NCBI GenBank assembly: GCA_963775425.1
Contig: CAVZJB010000011.1
Span: 544,001 to 608,000 of the forward strand
Origin: an uncultured delta proteobacterium
GTDB lineage: Bacteria > Myxococcota > UBA727 > VGSZ01
DNA: 64,000 bases
Reading direction: 5' to 3'
Part shown: positions 9,512 to 18,717 of the stretch, piece after piece
Layout: every line of letters begins with the position of its first letter
Numbering within the stretch: position 1 is the first letter of the stretch
Notes under the pieces: generated by a model
The model's database searches: none
What the model was told of the DNA's origin: nothing
What the model saw: the letters and a program-made list of their open reading frames with translations, nothing else
Translations under genes and position numbers: made by a program

Positions 9512-10939
9512 ATGCCGGTGAACGCATCCATCAGGAACCTCGGAGGAGACGGGCGCTTCTCGCCCGAGGACGCACGCGCGCTCGAGGCGCTCGTGCAGCA
9601 CGGCGACGTCAGCGCCGACGAGGCGCGCGACGCCGTCACCCGCTACGGCGACGTGATGGACCCGGGGGCGTCGAGCCTCCTCGCGGCCTTCACCGGCGCG
9701 GAGCACCCGAGCACCTTCACCGGGATCCCGGCGTCTTTGCGGCGGCGCGGTGTCGCGCCGCCCGCCGCCGGCGACGACGTGCGCACGCTGCAGCGCGCGC
9801 TGATGATGCTCGGCATGCGTACGCAGGACGCGGCGCTCACGCTGCCGAGCGGCGTCGACGGCAAATACGGCAACGAGACCACGAACGCCGTGAGCGCATT
9901 TCAGCAGGCGCGCGGTATCCCCGCCACCGGCGCCGCCGACCCCGCGACGCTCGACGCGCTCGACCAGGCCGTGCGCAACGCCGGGGCCTTCCCGCGAGGG
10001 ACAGCGACGCCGCCGGCGACGACGTCCGACGCCACGGGGACCGTGGGCACGCGCCCGCGGCGTGGCCTCGCCGGGCGCGACACGCGCAGCGAGGCGCAGC
10101 GCTGGAGGGACGCGGCGACGGCGGGCGCCCGGTCGATCGTCGACAAGAGCGCCTCGCACGAAAAGGGCATCGAGGACGGCGGGCTCGGCGACTTCTACGG
10201 CGACCACGGCACGCTCGCCGAGGCAGTGCACAAGGGGGACAAGGACACCGTCGCCGCCGCGGTGTCGTCGATGTCGAACGGCCGCTGGACCTTCAAGTCG
10301 ATGACCAACAACTCCGTCACGGTGCAGGACGCGAGCGGCGCGGAGAAGAAGCTGCGCGAGAGCTCCTGCATCGGCTGGGTCATGGACAACGTGAAGGCGG
10401 CGTACCAGGCCGCCGGCAAGGCCGACCGCTTCAAGGAGATCGAGAGCCACATGCGCGCGAGCGGGATGCGCGGCACGGTGCTGTGCGAGGAGCTGCAGAA
10501 GGACGGCTGGAAGGCGGTGTTCTACTCACCGCGCACGGCGGACGATCTCGCGTCGTCGTCGAGCTCCAAGGCCAAGCTCGAGGCGCTCCAGATGGCCGAG
10601 GCCGGCAAGCGCATCTGGAAGGCCGGCGGCGATCCGCTCTCGCACGGCGTGAAGCCCGACGTCGTCGTCACCGGCTACCGCGACAGCGAGCCCAACGAAG
10701 CGACCGACGCGCTCCTGCACAAGCTCGAGAGCGCCCCGTTCCTCGTCGGCGTCGCCAACGGCGGAACGCACACCTTCGTCGGCCACGCCGGCAGCGTCAC
10801 CGACTTCCACTGGACCGCCGGCCCCGACAGCCAGCACGCCATCAGCGAGACGCCGATCCGCACCTGGGAGTGGGACACCGGTCTGTACATGATCCCCCCG
10901 GGCGCGTGGCCGAGCGCCACCCCGGGCAACAACGCGTGA
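9512..10939 (+). CDS. Peptidoglycan-binding domain protein with putative Cys-His (NlpC/P60-like) C-terminal domain
   Basis: GDDVRTLQRAL..DGKYGNETTNAVSAFQQARGIPATG; SCIGWV and GGTHTFV; no signal peptide. Confidence 0.7.
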   Translation: MPVNASIRNLGGDGRFSPEDARALEALVQHGDVSADEARDAVTRYGDVMDPGASSLLAAFTGAEHPSTFTGIPASLRRRGVAPPAAGDDVRTLQRALMMLGMRTQDAALTLPSGVDGKYGNETTNAVSAFQQARGIPATGAADPATLDALDQAVRNAGAFPRGTATPPATTSDATGTVGTRPRRGLAGRDTRSEAQRWRDAATAGARSIVDKSASHEKGIEDGGLGDFYGDHGTLAEAVHKGDKDTVAAAVSSMSNGRWTFKSMTNNSVTVQDASGAEKKLRESSCIGWVMDNVKAAYQAAGKADRFKEIESHMRASGMRGTVLCEELQKDGWKAVFYSPRTADDLASSSSSKAKLEALQMAEAGKRIWKAGGDPLSHGVKPDVVVTGYRDSEPNEATDALLHKLESAPFLVGVANGGTHTFVGHAGSVTDFHWTAGPDSQHAISETPIRTWEWDTGLYMIPPGAWPSATPGNNA

Positions 10940-10960
10940 CGCGCCGGCGTCGCGCGCCGC

Positions 10961-12049
10961 TCACGGCGCGAGCGCGCCGGCGGGCGCGGCGTCGCGCAGC
11001 GCCGGCGTGACGGCGAGCTCGCGGAGGACGCGGCGCGGCCACGAGGGGCCGCCGTAGACGAAGCCCGTGTAGCTCTGCACGAGCGCCGCGCCCGCCTCGA
11101 GCTTGGCCCGTGCGCCCGCGCCGTCCTCGACACCGCCGACGCCGATGAAGGTGAGGCGCCGACCGAATTCTCCCGCCAGCGTGCGCAGCAGTCCGGTGGA
11201 GCGTTCAAAGAGCGGCGCGCCCGAGATGCCGCCGGGGCCTTCGGGGACCGGGCCGACGAGGCCCTCACGGGAGATCGTGGTGTTGCTGACGACGAGCCCC
11301 GCGCAGCCGGCGTCGGCCGCGGCGGCGGCGCAGGCGCGCGCGTCGTCGTCGGCGAGGTCGGGCGCGAGCTTCACGAGGATGGGGCGCGGCGCGGCGCGCC
11401 TCGCGTTCGGCCCGCACACGGCGTCGAGCACGCGCGACAGCTCGTCGATGCGCTGCAGGTCGCGCAGGCCCGGCGTGTTCGGCGACGACACGTTGACGAC
11501 GACGTAGTCGGCGACGTCGGCGACGGCGGCGAAGCTCTCGGCGTAGTCGGCGGCGGCGTCCTCGAGCGGCACCACCTTGGTCTTTCCGATGTTGACGCCC
11601 ACGGGGATCTTCACGCGAGCGCGCTTGCGGACGTCGGCGAGGCGGGCGGCGCAGGCGGCGGCGCCGTGGTTGTTGAAGCCGAGGCGGTTCAAGAGCGCGC
11701 GGTCGCCGGGGAGGCGGAACAGGCGCGGCTTGTCGTTGCCCGGCTGCGCCTTCGCCGTCACGGTGCCCACCTCGACGAAGCCGAAGCCGAGCGCCTGCCA
11801 GGCCGGGATGCACTCGGCGTCCTTGTCGAAGCCGGCGGCGAGCCCGAGCGGATTCGGGAAGCGCAGCCCGAGCGCCTCGCGGGCGAGGGAGGCCGCGCGC
11901 GCCGGGTCACCTTGCGGGAGGTCGACGGTGCACACGCGCGACCACGCCGACAACGACGTCATCGCGAGCCGGTGCACGCGCTCGGCGTCGACGAGGAACA
12001 GCGCCGCGCGCGCGAGCTTCCAGACAGGCGAGGAGCGGGGTGGGGTCAC
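10961..12049 (-). CDS. pyrD: Quinone-dependent dihydroorotate dehydrogenase
   Basis: NPLGLAAGFDK, QPGNDKPRLFRL, NRLGFNN, NVSSPNTPGLR, VKLAPD, SNTT, GGISG. Confidence 0.95.
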   Translation of the reverse strand: MTPPRSSPVWKLARAALFLVDAERVHRLAMTSLSAWSRVCTVDLPQGDPARAASLAREALGLRFPNPLGLAAGFDKDAECIPAWQALGFGFVEVGTVTAKAQPGNDKPRLFRLPGDRALLNRLGFNNHGAAACAARLADVRKRARVKIPVGVNIGKTKVVPLEDAAADYAESFAAVADVADYVVVNVSSPNTPGLRDLQRIDELSRVLDAVCGPNARRAAPRPILVKLAPDLADDDARACAAAAADAGCAGLVVSNTTISREGLVGPVPEGPGGISGAPLFERSTGLLRTLAGEFGRRLTFIGVGGVEDGAGARAKLEAGAALVQSYTGFVYGGPSWPRRVLRELAVTPALRDAAPAGALAP

Positions 12050-12244
12050 GTCGGACAGGGCAATAGCATCGGCGTCGCCACGTCCAGAAGAACAAGGCGC
12101 AGCTCGCCACGACCACGGCCACCGACGGCCACGTGCGCGGGTCGACGAGCTGGGAGCCGAGGAAGAACATGCCGGCGACGAAAGGACGCGAGGTCGGGGG
12201 CGGTCCGGACCACGACGTCACGCTTGCACGCGCTATCATCCGGC

Positions 12245-13918
12245 ATGGTCTCTCGCTCCGGCGGCCCCGGCCCCGGCTTCGTCCCCTCGGGCGGCGCCAA
12301 CGACAACCGCCTCGACCAGGCGCGGGAGCAGCAGCTCCGCCAGCTCCAGGAGCAGCAGATCACGCACTCGCGCCAGGACTCCGAGCGCCTGGTCGAGCAC
12401 ATCACGCAGCGCTTGCAGCAGAGGAACGCGGGCCTGCGCGTGAGCGGCCCGCAGCCGGGCGAGCCCGGGCGGCCTGCGCGCGGCAACGCGCCCGACGGCC
12501 CGGTGCCGCGCGCGACGCCGCCCGCGCGAGGCAACGCGGAGGCGCCGCCGGCGAACGCGCCGACGTCGTCATCGACGCCGGCCGAGGCGGCGCCCGCGAA
12601 CGTGGACCTCGGCAGGCTGGTCGCGGACTTCCAGCGGCAAAACGGCCTGCCCGTCACGGGCAAGCTCGACGCGGGGACGGTCAGCACGTTGAGGGAGAGC
12701 GGCGTCATCGAGCGCGCGCCGTCGACGACGACGCAGGGGCGCGCGCCGGAGCCGGCGAGCCCGCGGGCGGCGCCGCGGCCGGCGGACACGGCGGCGGCGC
12801 GGCAGGCGCGCTCGGCGGTGGAGCAGCAGGTGCGCGCGCGCGTCGACGGCGCGGGGCCGAAGAGCGAGCCGCAGCCGCGCGAGGCGGGGGCGCCGCTCGA
12901 TCGCATCGCGGATCCCACGCGGATGCTCGCGTCGTTGTTCGCCGCCGGCTTCGTCGGACAAAAGGGGAGCCTCGAGGAGGGGCTCAAGAGCTTTCAGGCG
13001 ACGTTCGGCCTGCCGCTCACCGGCAAGCCGGACGCGGAGACGCTGAAGGCGCTCGCCGAGCACGGCGTCGTCGAGGCGGACGTCCCGAAGAAGGCGCAGA
13101 GCGAAAAGCCCGTCGAGCCCAAGCAGACGGTGCGGCGCGCGTTGAACGAGACCACGTCGAAGAACCAGGCCGATCGCGACGTCGCGCGCGATCCCCTGCG
13201 GCCGCAGGCGCCGACCCAGAAGCCCACCACCACCGCGGACGTCGCGGCCCGGGCGCCGGTGAGCGCGCAGTCCGCCGACGCCGTCGCGGAGCAGGCGCGG
13301 CTCGACACGGTGATGGCCCAGCAGCAGGCGGTGGAGCGCGGCGTGCAGGAGGGCACCGGGGATCCCGCGGCGGACAAGGGCCACGGGGAGGTCGAGGGGC
13401 AGGGCGCCGGGCTTCGTGGCAAGGGGGGCGTCACCGGCGGCGGCGGCGTCGAGGGAGAAGGCGAGGCGGCGGCCGCGCTCGAGGGGCCCGAGGGCGAGGA
13501 GAGCGTCACGGGCAACAGCAAGGCCGGCGACGACGACTTCACCGACGACGCCCGGGGCAACGCCAACATGAAGGCCGTCGGCGACGAGGACGGCGAGGTG
13601 CTTCCGGGGTACTGGCAGGTGCCGCCGCTGTCGGAGCAGGTGCGGACGGCGCTCAACGCCATCGCGCGTGACGACGACGGCAACGGCCCGGTGACCTACA
13701 CCTGGGACGTCACGTTCCTGCGGCCCGGCGTCTATGGCCCGGGCCAGCCCGCCGACGAGCTGTGGCACGTCGCCGTCAACCGAGCCACGGCGTTCGATCC
13801 CGTCTGGCAGACCGCCGCCGACGCCATCGCGTCGCGCATGCTCTACGCCGAGCCCGACGCCCAGCCGCCGACCCTCGACGACTTCATCCTCGCCCTCCGC
13901 CGGGCGCGCGTCCGATGA
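12245..13918 (+). CDS. Protein with two peptidoglycan-binding domains and unknown C-terminal domain
   Basis: FQRQNGLPVTGKLD and FQATFGLPLTGKPD; Pro/Ala linkers; TATCAT 5 nt before ATG. Confidence 0.7.
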   Translation: MVSRSGGPGPGFVPSGGANDNRLDQAREQQLRQLQEQQITHSRQDSERLVEHITQRLQQRNAGLRVSGPQPGEPGRPARGNAPDGPVPRATPPARGNAEAPPANAPTSSSTPAEAAPANVDLGRLVADFQRQNGLPVTGKLDAGTVSTLRESGVIERAPSTTTQGRAPEPASPRAAPRPADTAAARQARSAVEQQVRARVDGAGPKSEPQPREAGAPLDRIADPTRMLASLFAAGFVGQKGSLEEGLKSFQATFGLPLTGKPDAETLKALAEHGVVEADVPKKAQSEKPVEPKQTVRRALNETTSKNQADRDVARDPLRPQAPTQKPTTTADVAARAPVSAQSADAVAEQARLDTVMAQQQAVERGVQEGTGDPAADKGHGEVEGQGAGLRGKGGVTGGGGVEGEGEAAAALEGPEGEESVTGNSKAGDDDFTDDARGNANMKAVGDEDGEVLPGYWQVPPLSEQVRTALNAIARDDDGNGPVTYTWDVTFLRPGVYGPGQPADELWHVAVNRATAFDPVWQTAADAIASRMLYAEPDAQPPTLDDFILALRRARVR

Positions 13919-14322
13919 CCTCCGCGCGGCACGTCCTCACCATCCTCGCCGTCGACGACGTCGCGCGCGCCGCCGCTTTCTACCGCGGCGCCTTCGGCTG
14001 GACCGCCGCCGTCGAGCTGCCGCACTACGTGGAGCTCGCGCTCCCCGGGGGCATGCGCCTCGGCCTGTACGCGCGCGCGGGCTTCGCGAACAACACCGGC
14101 GCGCGCCCGGCGGATCGGCCGGTCGCGCCCGAGGGGCTCGCGCCGATGACCACGGCGACCGAGCTCTACCTGCACGTCGACGACCTCGACGCCGCCGAGG
14201 CCGCGCTCGCCTCGCAGGGCGCGCGCCGTCTGAGCGCCCGCGCCGCCCGCGACTGGGGCGACGTCGCCGCCTACTATGCCGACCCCGACGGCAACGTCGT
14301 CGTCGTCGCGCGCCCGACCTGA
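13915..14322 (+). CDS. VOC/glyoxalase family protein
   Basis: LAVDDV..FY, ELYLHVDDLD, WGD..YYADPDGN; ATGA overlap with upstream gene. Confidence 0.85.
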   Translation: MTSARHVLTILAVDDVARAAAFYRGAFGWTAAVELPHYVELALPGGMRLGLYARAGFANNTGARPADRPVAPEGLAPMTTATELYLHVDDLDAAEAALASQGARRLSARAARDWGDVAAYYADPDGNVVVVARPT

Positions 14323-14375
14323 GCCGCGACGGCCGTCGCCCCGACGCGGGAGAGGCGCCGACGGCGCGCGGCGTA

Positions 14376-14674
14376 GACATTCGCGGCGGGGCCCGACGTC
14401 GTCGTCGGCGACCCGGCGGAGCTTGACGTCGGCCGCGTCGACGCCCCGTAGGGCGGGGGCTTGTCCCCCGCGTCGGAGAGGCCAGGCGGACGTTGCCTCC
14501 GACGCGCCCCACGAGGGGGCGCCCTACGTCTCGATGCCGTGCGTGTCGTGTCGCCCCGATGCGAGAACGGCGGGCCAAGACGTCGTCGTCAGCGACGAAC
14601 GCCCTGCCGACGTGCCGTGTCGACGCGTGCGGCGACGACATTCGCGGCGGGGCCCGACGTCGTCGTCGGCGACC
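14376..14674. repeat. 38-bp direct repeat (14376-14413, 14637-14674) plus degenerate copy (~14568-14596)
   Basis: GACATTCGCGGCGGGGCCCGACGTCGTCGTCGGCGACC occurs twice between convergent genes. Confidence 0.85.
14448..14527. repeat. REPIN-like element: two inverted GTAG-type REP palindromes
   Basis: GTAGG-GCGGGGG-cttgt-CCCCCGC (+, 14448-14471) and GTAGG-GCGCCCC-ctcgt-GGGGCGC (-, 14504-14527), with inner inverted arms CGCGTCGGAG/CTCCGACGCG. Confidence 0.65.
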
Positions 14675-14687
14675 AACGCCGCTCAGC

Positions 14688-15236
14688 TCAGGCGCCGACC
14701 AGCATGCGCTCGGCGAGCTTCGTGGCCACGCCCTCGTCGCGCAGGGCCTCGACGAGGGCGAGCGCGAAGGGCACCGCGGTGCCGATGGCGCGCGAGGTGA
14801 TGACGTTTCCGTCGCGCACGACGGTGGTGGCCTCGAAGCGGGCGCCGCCGAGCTGGTCTTCGAAGCCGGGGAAGCACGTGGCGCGTTTGCCCTCGAGGAC
14901 GCCGGCCCTGGCGAGGGCGATGGGCGCGGCGCAGATGGCGCCGACGAGGGCGCCGGCGGCGGCGTGGGCCTGCACGAGCTTCTGCACGCCCCAGTGATCG
15001 CGCAGGCGCGCCGCGCCGGGCATGCCGCCGGGGAGCACGACGAGGTCGTAGCGCTCGCCCTTCCTGTCGGACAACAGCGCGTCCGCCTCGACGACGATGC
15101 CGTGGTTGCCTGTGACCTTCTTGGCCTCGACGCCGAGCACCTCGACCTTGACCTCGCCGCGGCGGAGCACGTCGATGGTGGTGACGGCCTCGGTCTCTTC
15201 GAAGCCGTCAGCGAGGATCACGCACGCGCGCTTCAT
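14688..15236 (-). CDS. DJ-1/PfpI (YajL/ThiJ-like) family protein
   Basis: ADGFEETE..DVLRR, LPGGMPG, AICAAP, ATCFPG, VITSR. Confidence 0.92.
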   Translation of the reverse strand: MKRACVILADGFEETEAVTTIDVLRRGEVKVEVLGVEAKKVTGNHGIVVEADALLSDRKGERYDLVVLPGGMPGAARLRDHWGVQKLVQAHAAAGALVGAICAAPIALARAGVLEGKRATCFPGFEDQLGGARFEATTVVRDGNVITSRAIGTAVPFALALVEALRDEGVATKLAERMLVGA

Positions 15237-16489
15237 GAGCCTGCCTCCCTCGGTGGCCGCGGGCGCGACCCGGGGTGCACGACTAGAACGACGACGCCCG
15301 AGAGGAAAGTCAGCCCGGCCACCACGCCGAGCGCGCCGGGGACGCCGACGGCGTCGGCGACGGCGCCGCCGACGAGGGCGCCGGCGGCGTAGCCGGAGTC
15401 GCGCCACAGCCGGTAGGTGCCGACGGCGGACGCGCGCCACGACGGCGCCGCGGCGTCACCGATGCCGGCGAGGAGCGTGGGGTAGACGAGGGCGGTGCCG
15501 GCGCCGAGCAGCAGCGCAGCGCCCGCGAACGCGAGGAACGACGTGGACACGGCGACGGCGGCGAGGGCCGCGGCCTGCGTGAGCATGCCCGCGACGACGA
15601 GGGGCTTGCGGCCGGTGCGATCCGACAGCGGGCCCGTGAAGAGCTGCAGCACGCCCCACGACGTCGGATAGAGCGAGACGAGCACGGCGATGCCGCCGAC
15701 GTCGAGGTGGGCGCGGGCGAACAGCAGCGGGAACAGGCCCCAGGCGACGCCGTCGTTCAGGTTGTTCACGAAGCCGGCCTGGTTCAGCGACGACAACGCG
15801 CGGTCCGTGAAGCTCGTGCGCAAGAAGATCGCGCGCTCCGTGGGCCGCGCCGCCGCCGCCTCGCCCGCCGCCGCGGCGTGCGCGCGCTGCTCGGTGGCGA
15901 CGTGATGCACGGTCTCGCGCGCGAACAAGGACAACACGAGGCCGGCGGCCGCGAAGCCCGCGCCGAGGAAGAACGGCTCGGGCCGCAGGTGCGTGCGCGC
16001 GGCGATCTCGCCGGTGGCGAGCGCGGAGAGGCCGACGGCGGCGTAGCCGGCGAACTCGTTGAGCCCCATGGCGAGCCCGCGGCGGGCGGGGCCGGCGAGG
16101 TCGATCTTCATGATCACCGTCGTCGACCAGGTGAGCCCCTGCGACACGCCGAGCAACGCGTTGGCCGCGAGGATCAGCGACCACGACGGCGCGTACGCGA
16201 GCATGAAGGGCACGGGGGCGGCGACGAGCCAGCCTCCGATGAGCACGCGCCGGCGGCCGACGACGTCGGAGACGCGGCCGGCGAGGTAGTTGGTGGCGGC
16301 CTTGGTGAGGCCGAAGACCACGATGAACGACAACATCGCGGTCTTCGCCTCGAGCCCGAAGACGTCGTGGGCGATGTCAGGCAGCAGCGAGCGCTCGAGG
16401 CCGATCATCGCGCCGACGAACGCGTTGATGACGACGAGCAGTGAGAACTGCCCGAGGTTCTCCCGGATGCCGAGGCGCGGCTCGTTCAC
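15233..16489 (-). CDS. MFS transporter
   Basis: About 12 hydrophobic segments; GRVSDVVGRR and GPLSDRTGRK motif A; start GTG 16489 (alternative ATG 16504). Confidence 0.9.
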   Translation of the reverse strand: MNEPRLGIRENLGQFSLLVVINAFVGAMIGLERSLLPDIAHDVFGLEAKTAMLSFIVVFGLTKAATNYLAGRVSDVVGRRRVLIGGWLVAAPVPFMLAYAPSWSLILAANALLGVSQGLTWSTTVIMKIDLAGPARRGLAMGLNEFAGYAAVGLSALATGEIAARTHLRPEPFFLGAGFAAAGLVLSLFARETVHHVATEQRAHAAAAGEAAAARPTERAIFLRTSFTDRALSSLNQAGFVNNLNDGVAWGLFPLLFARAHLDVGGIAVLVSLYPTSWGVLQLFTGPLSDRTGRKPLVVAGMLTQAAALAAVAVSTSFLAFAGAALLLGAGTALVYPTLLAGIGDAAAPSWRASAVGTYRLWRDSGYAAGALVGGAVADAVGVPGALGVVAGLTFLSGVVVLVVHPGSRPRPPREAGS

Positions 16490-16513
16490 GCCGCTGCATA
16501 GCATCCGGGACGC

Positions 16514-17509
16514 TCAGGGCGAGCAGCCGAGCAGCGATTGCGTGGGGAACAGCTCCACGCCGAAGGGATCGGCCGAGCCGAGGTTGCGCGGCCAGCCGGC
16601 GCACGGCTCGAAGGCCATGTCGGGAGGCAGGTCGGTGGTCGAGCGCCCGGCGCGCGGCCGGATCCCCGTGCCCGGGAGCCGGTAGAAGTGCACGTCCCAC
16701 GTCGCGGGGTGCGCGATCGTGCAGCCCGCGTGCGCGTGGCACTCGTCGGGCGTGACGTCGGTCGGGTTCCCCGGGATGAACGGCACGTCGAGCCCGCTGT
16801 GGTTCGCGGCGATCATCCAGCCGCCCCCCGTGTGCGCTCCCGCGACGTGGATGAACCAGTCGCCGGGCGCCGCCCATGGAACGTCGCCGGGCGGAGGCTC
16901 GCAGGCCCCGGTGAGGACGTCGCCGAAGGGGATCGTCACGCTGCCGTGGGGGGAGACGACGCCGGGGCCCGCGGGCCCGGGCCCGAAGACCTTGTCGAGC
17001 CGCGGCTGGAGCGCCCCCTCGGTGAGCCAGTCGAACGTGACGAAGCCGTCGACGAAGGCCGTCTGGTCCGGCGTGGCGTGCAGCTCGAGCGCGCGTCCGC
17101 CGGAGGTGGTGCGCACCTGGGCGACGACGGCGCCGGCGGCGACGTCGTTGCCGGCGACGACGGCCTGCCCGTAGCGGGTGGCGACGACGTGCGTCAGGCG
17201 CGCGCCGACGACGAAGCGGTCGCGCTCGAGGGGCGTGCAGCCGTCGCGGAGGATGACGCCGCCGGCGGGATCGTTGGCGGACACGAGGACGCCGCCGTCT
17301 TCGCGGGCCGTGACGGAGGTGGCGATGGAGCCGCCGAGATCGACCGTCTCCGTCGTCATCGCGTCGAGGTTGCGATGGGGCGCGACGGCGACGAGCGCGA
17401 GGCCGTCGGTGTCGCCGCTGGCGACGAGGTCACCGCGATCGAGGGCGACTTCGCCTGGGCACTCCGCGAATGGTGTGATCGACGACCGCGGGCGATCGGT
17501 GGAAGGCAC
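16514..17509 (-). CDS. Hypothetical protein
   Basis: 331-aa ORF with GC3 bias filling the gap between same-strand genes; His/Cys cluster near C-terminus; start uncertain. Confidence 0.5.
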   Translation of the reverse strand: MPSTDRPRSSITPFAECPGEVALDRGDLVASGDTDGLALVAVAPHRNLDAMTTETVDLGGSIATSVTAREDGGVLVSANDPAGGVILRDGCTPLERDRFVVGARLTHVVATRYGQAVVAGNDVAAGAVVAQVRTTSGGRALELHATPDQTAFVDGFVTFDWLTEGALQPRLDKVFGPGPAGPGVVSPHGSVTIPFGDVLTGACEPPPGDVPWAAPGDWFIHVAGAHTGGGWMIAANHSGLDVPFIPGNPTDVTPDECHAHAGCTIAHPATWDVHFYRLPGTGIRPRAGRSTTDLPPDMAFEPCAGWPRNLGSADPFGVELFPTQSLLGCSP

Positions 17510-17549
17510 TGCGCGTGGTCAGGGACCGGAGGGAGCGCGACGATCCGCT

Positions 17550-18551
17550 TCAGGAGGCGAGCTTGGCGGCGGGCCGATAGAAGTAGCTGAACAGCCCCGG
17601 AGGCATCGGACGCACGTAGGCGCCGTTCATGCTCCCCGAGTTGTCGTAGATGTACGGGACGCCGTGGTGCATGCCGGCGAAGAGCCCGCAGTGCCAATCG
17701 GGGCCCCACTCGTGGCCCTGCGCCGTCGCCAGCGGGGTGCCGACCGGGAGCTTCGAGAAGTCGTTGATCTTGCCCCAGTTGCGGTGCGCCTCCGCGCTGC
17801 CGAGGTCGGAGATGGGCAGGCCGCTCATGTGGTGCTTCGCCATCACCGGATCCCAGACGCGGCGCAGAAACCCGTAGCAGTCGTTGACGCCGTCGAATCG
17901 ATAGCCGCCGGTCTTGTTGATCTCGTCGCCGATGCTGTGCGCGCGCTTCATGATGGTGCGCCGCGTGCCGAGGCCGTCGTTTTCGACCGTCACCTTCTTC
18001 AGCTCGGCCCAGGTGTGCGCGTTGACGACGCCGGTCGGCGAGAGCTTCTCGCGTCGCTGGAACTCCTTCACCATGCCCTCGGTGCGATCGTCGAACGCGC
18101 CGCTCGTGTTCTTGGGGTCGAAGCCGGCGTCGCGCAGGTGCTGCTGGATGACGGACACGGCCTGGTTGTGGTCGCCGCGCTTCACGCCGCGCTTGGCCGC
18201 GCCGTCGACGAGGCGATCCTGCGCCACGGTCTTCTTCGTCTTGTTGCGCGTCACGGTCTTGGGCTTGTGATCGAGCGCGCGCACCTCCTTGCGCAGGATG
18301 TCGCGCGCCGATTTGGACAGCCCGCCGATGTCCTTGTTCGCGCGCAGCCGGGCCTCGTCGGCCTTGAAGCGCTTCGCCGCGTTCGCCGTCTGCTGGTCGT
18401 ACTTGCCGTCGACCTTGCCGGGGCTGTATCCGAGGCGCTTGAGCTCGCCCTCGATGTCCTTGACGTGCTTCCCCGTCTCGCCCGGCTTCCAGTACTTCGA
18501 GTGGGCGTCGTGAGCGGGGCGGGTCTTCGAGGTCTGCGCGGTGACGTTCAT
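17550..18551 (-). CDS. Peptidoglycan-binding domains plus NlpC/P60 family cysteine hydrolase
   Basis: VDGKYDQQT and FQRREKLSPTGVV binding domains; GYRFDGVNDCYGF and WHCGLF catalytic motifs; GGAG RBS. Confidence 0.8.
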   Translation of the reverse strand: MNVTAQTSKTRPAHDAHSKYWKPGETGKHVKDIEGELKRLGYSPGKVDGKYDQQTANAAKRFKADEARLRANKDIGGLSKSARDILRKEVRALDHKPKTVTRNKTKKTVAQDRLVDGAAKRGVKRGDHNQAVSVIQQHLRDAGFDPKNTSGAFDDRTEGMVKEFQRREKLSPTGVVNAHTWAELKKVTVENDGLGTRRTIMKRAHSIGDEINKTGGYRFDGVNDCYGFLRRVWDPVMAKHHMSGLPISDLGSAEAHRNWGKINDFSKLPVGTPLATAQGHEWGPDWHCGLFAGMHHGVPYIYDNSGSMNGAYVRPMPPGLFSYFYRPAAKLAS

Positions 18552-18717
18552 GTGTCGGTCTCCGTGTGAAGGCGAACCGGGTATCGGCGCTTCACCCACA
18601 CCGGCGCTCGGAGCCGCCGACTAGGGCGATCGCGTGGCCCGGTGGCGTACGACGATCGCGCTACGAATTCCGGCGGGCGCGGTTGCGCGGCGTCGTGGCG
18701 CGCGGCAGCACGGCGCC

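Noticed and set aside
11907-12239. Possible small membrane ORF upstream of pyrD
   Set aside because: Overlaps pyrD by ~140 nt, covers both divergent promoter regions and has weak codon bias
14376-14674. 38-bp repeats as a CRISPR array
   Set aside because: Only two exact copies 261 bp apart with irregular spacing, and no cas genes or leader
18552-18717. Riboswitch upstream of the NlpC/P60 gene
   Set aside because: Only imperfect GC-rich hairpins; no aptamer consensus recognised (an Rfam scan would settle it)
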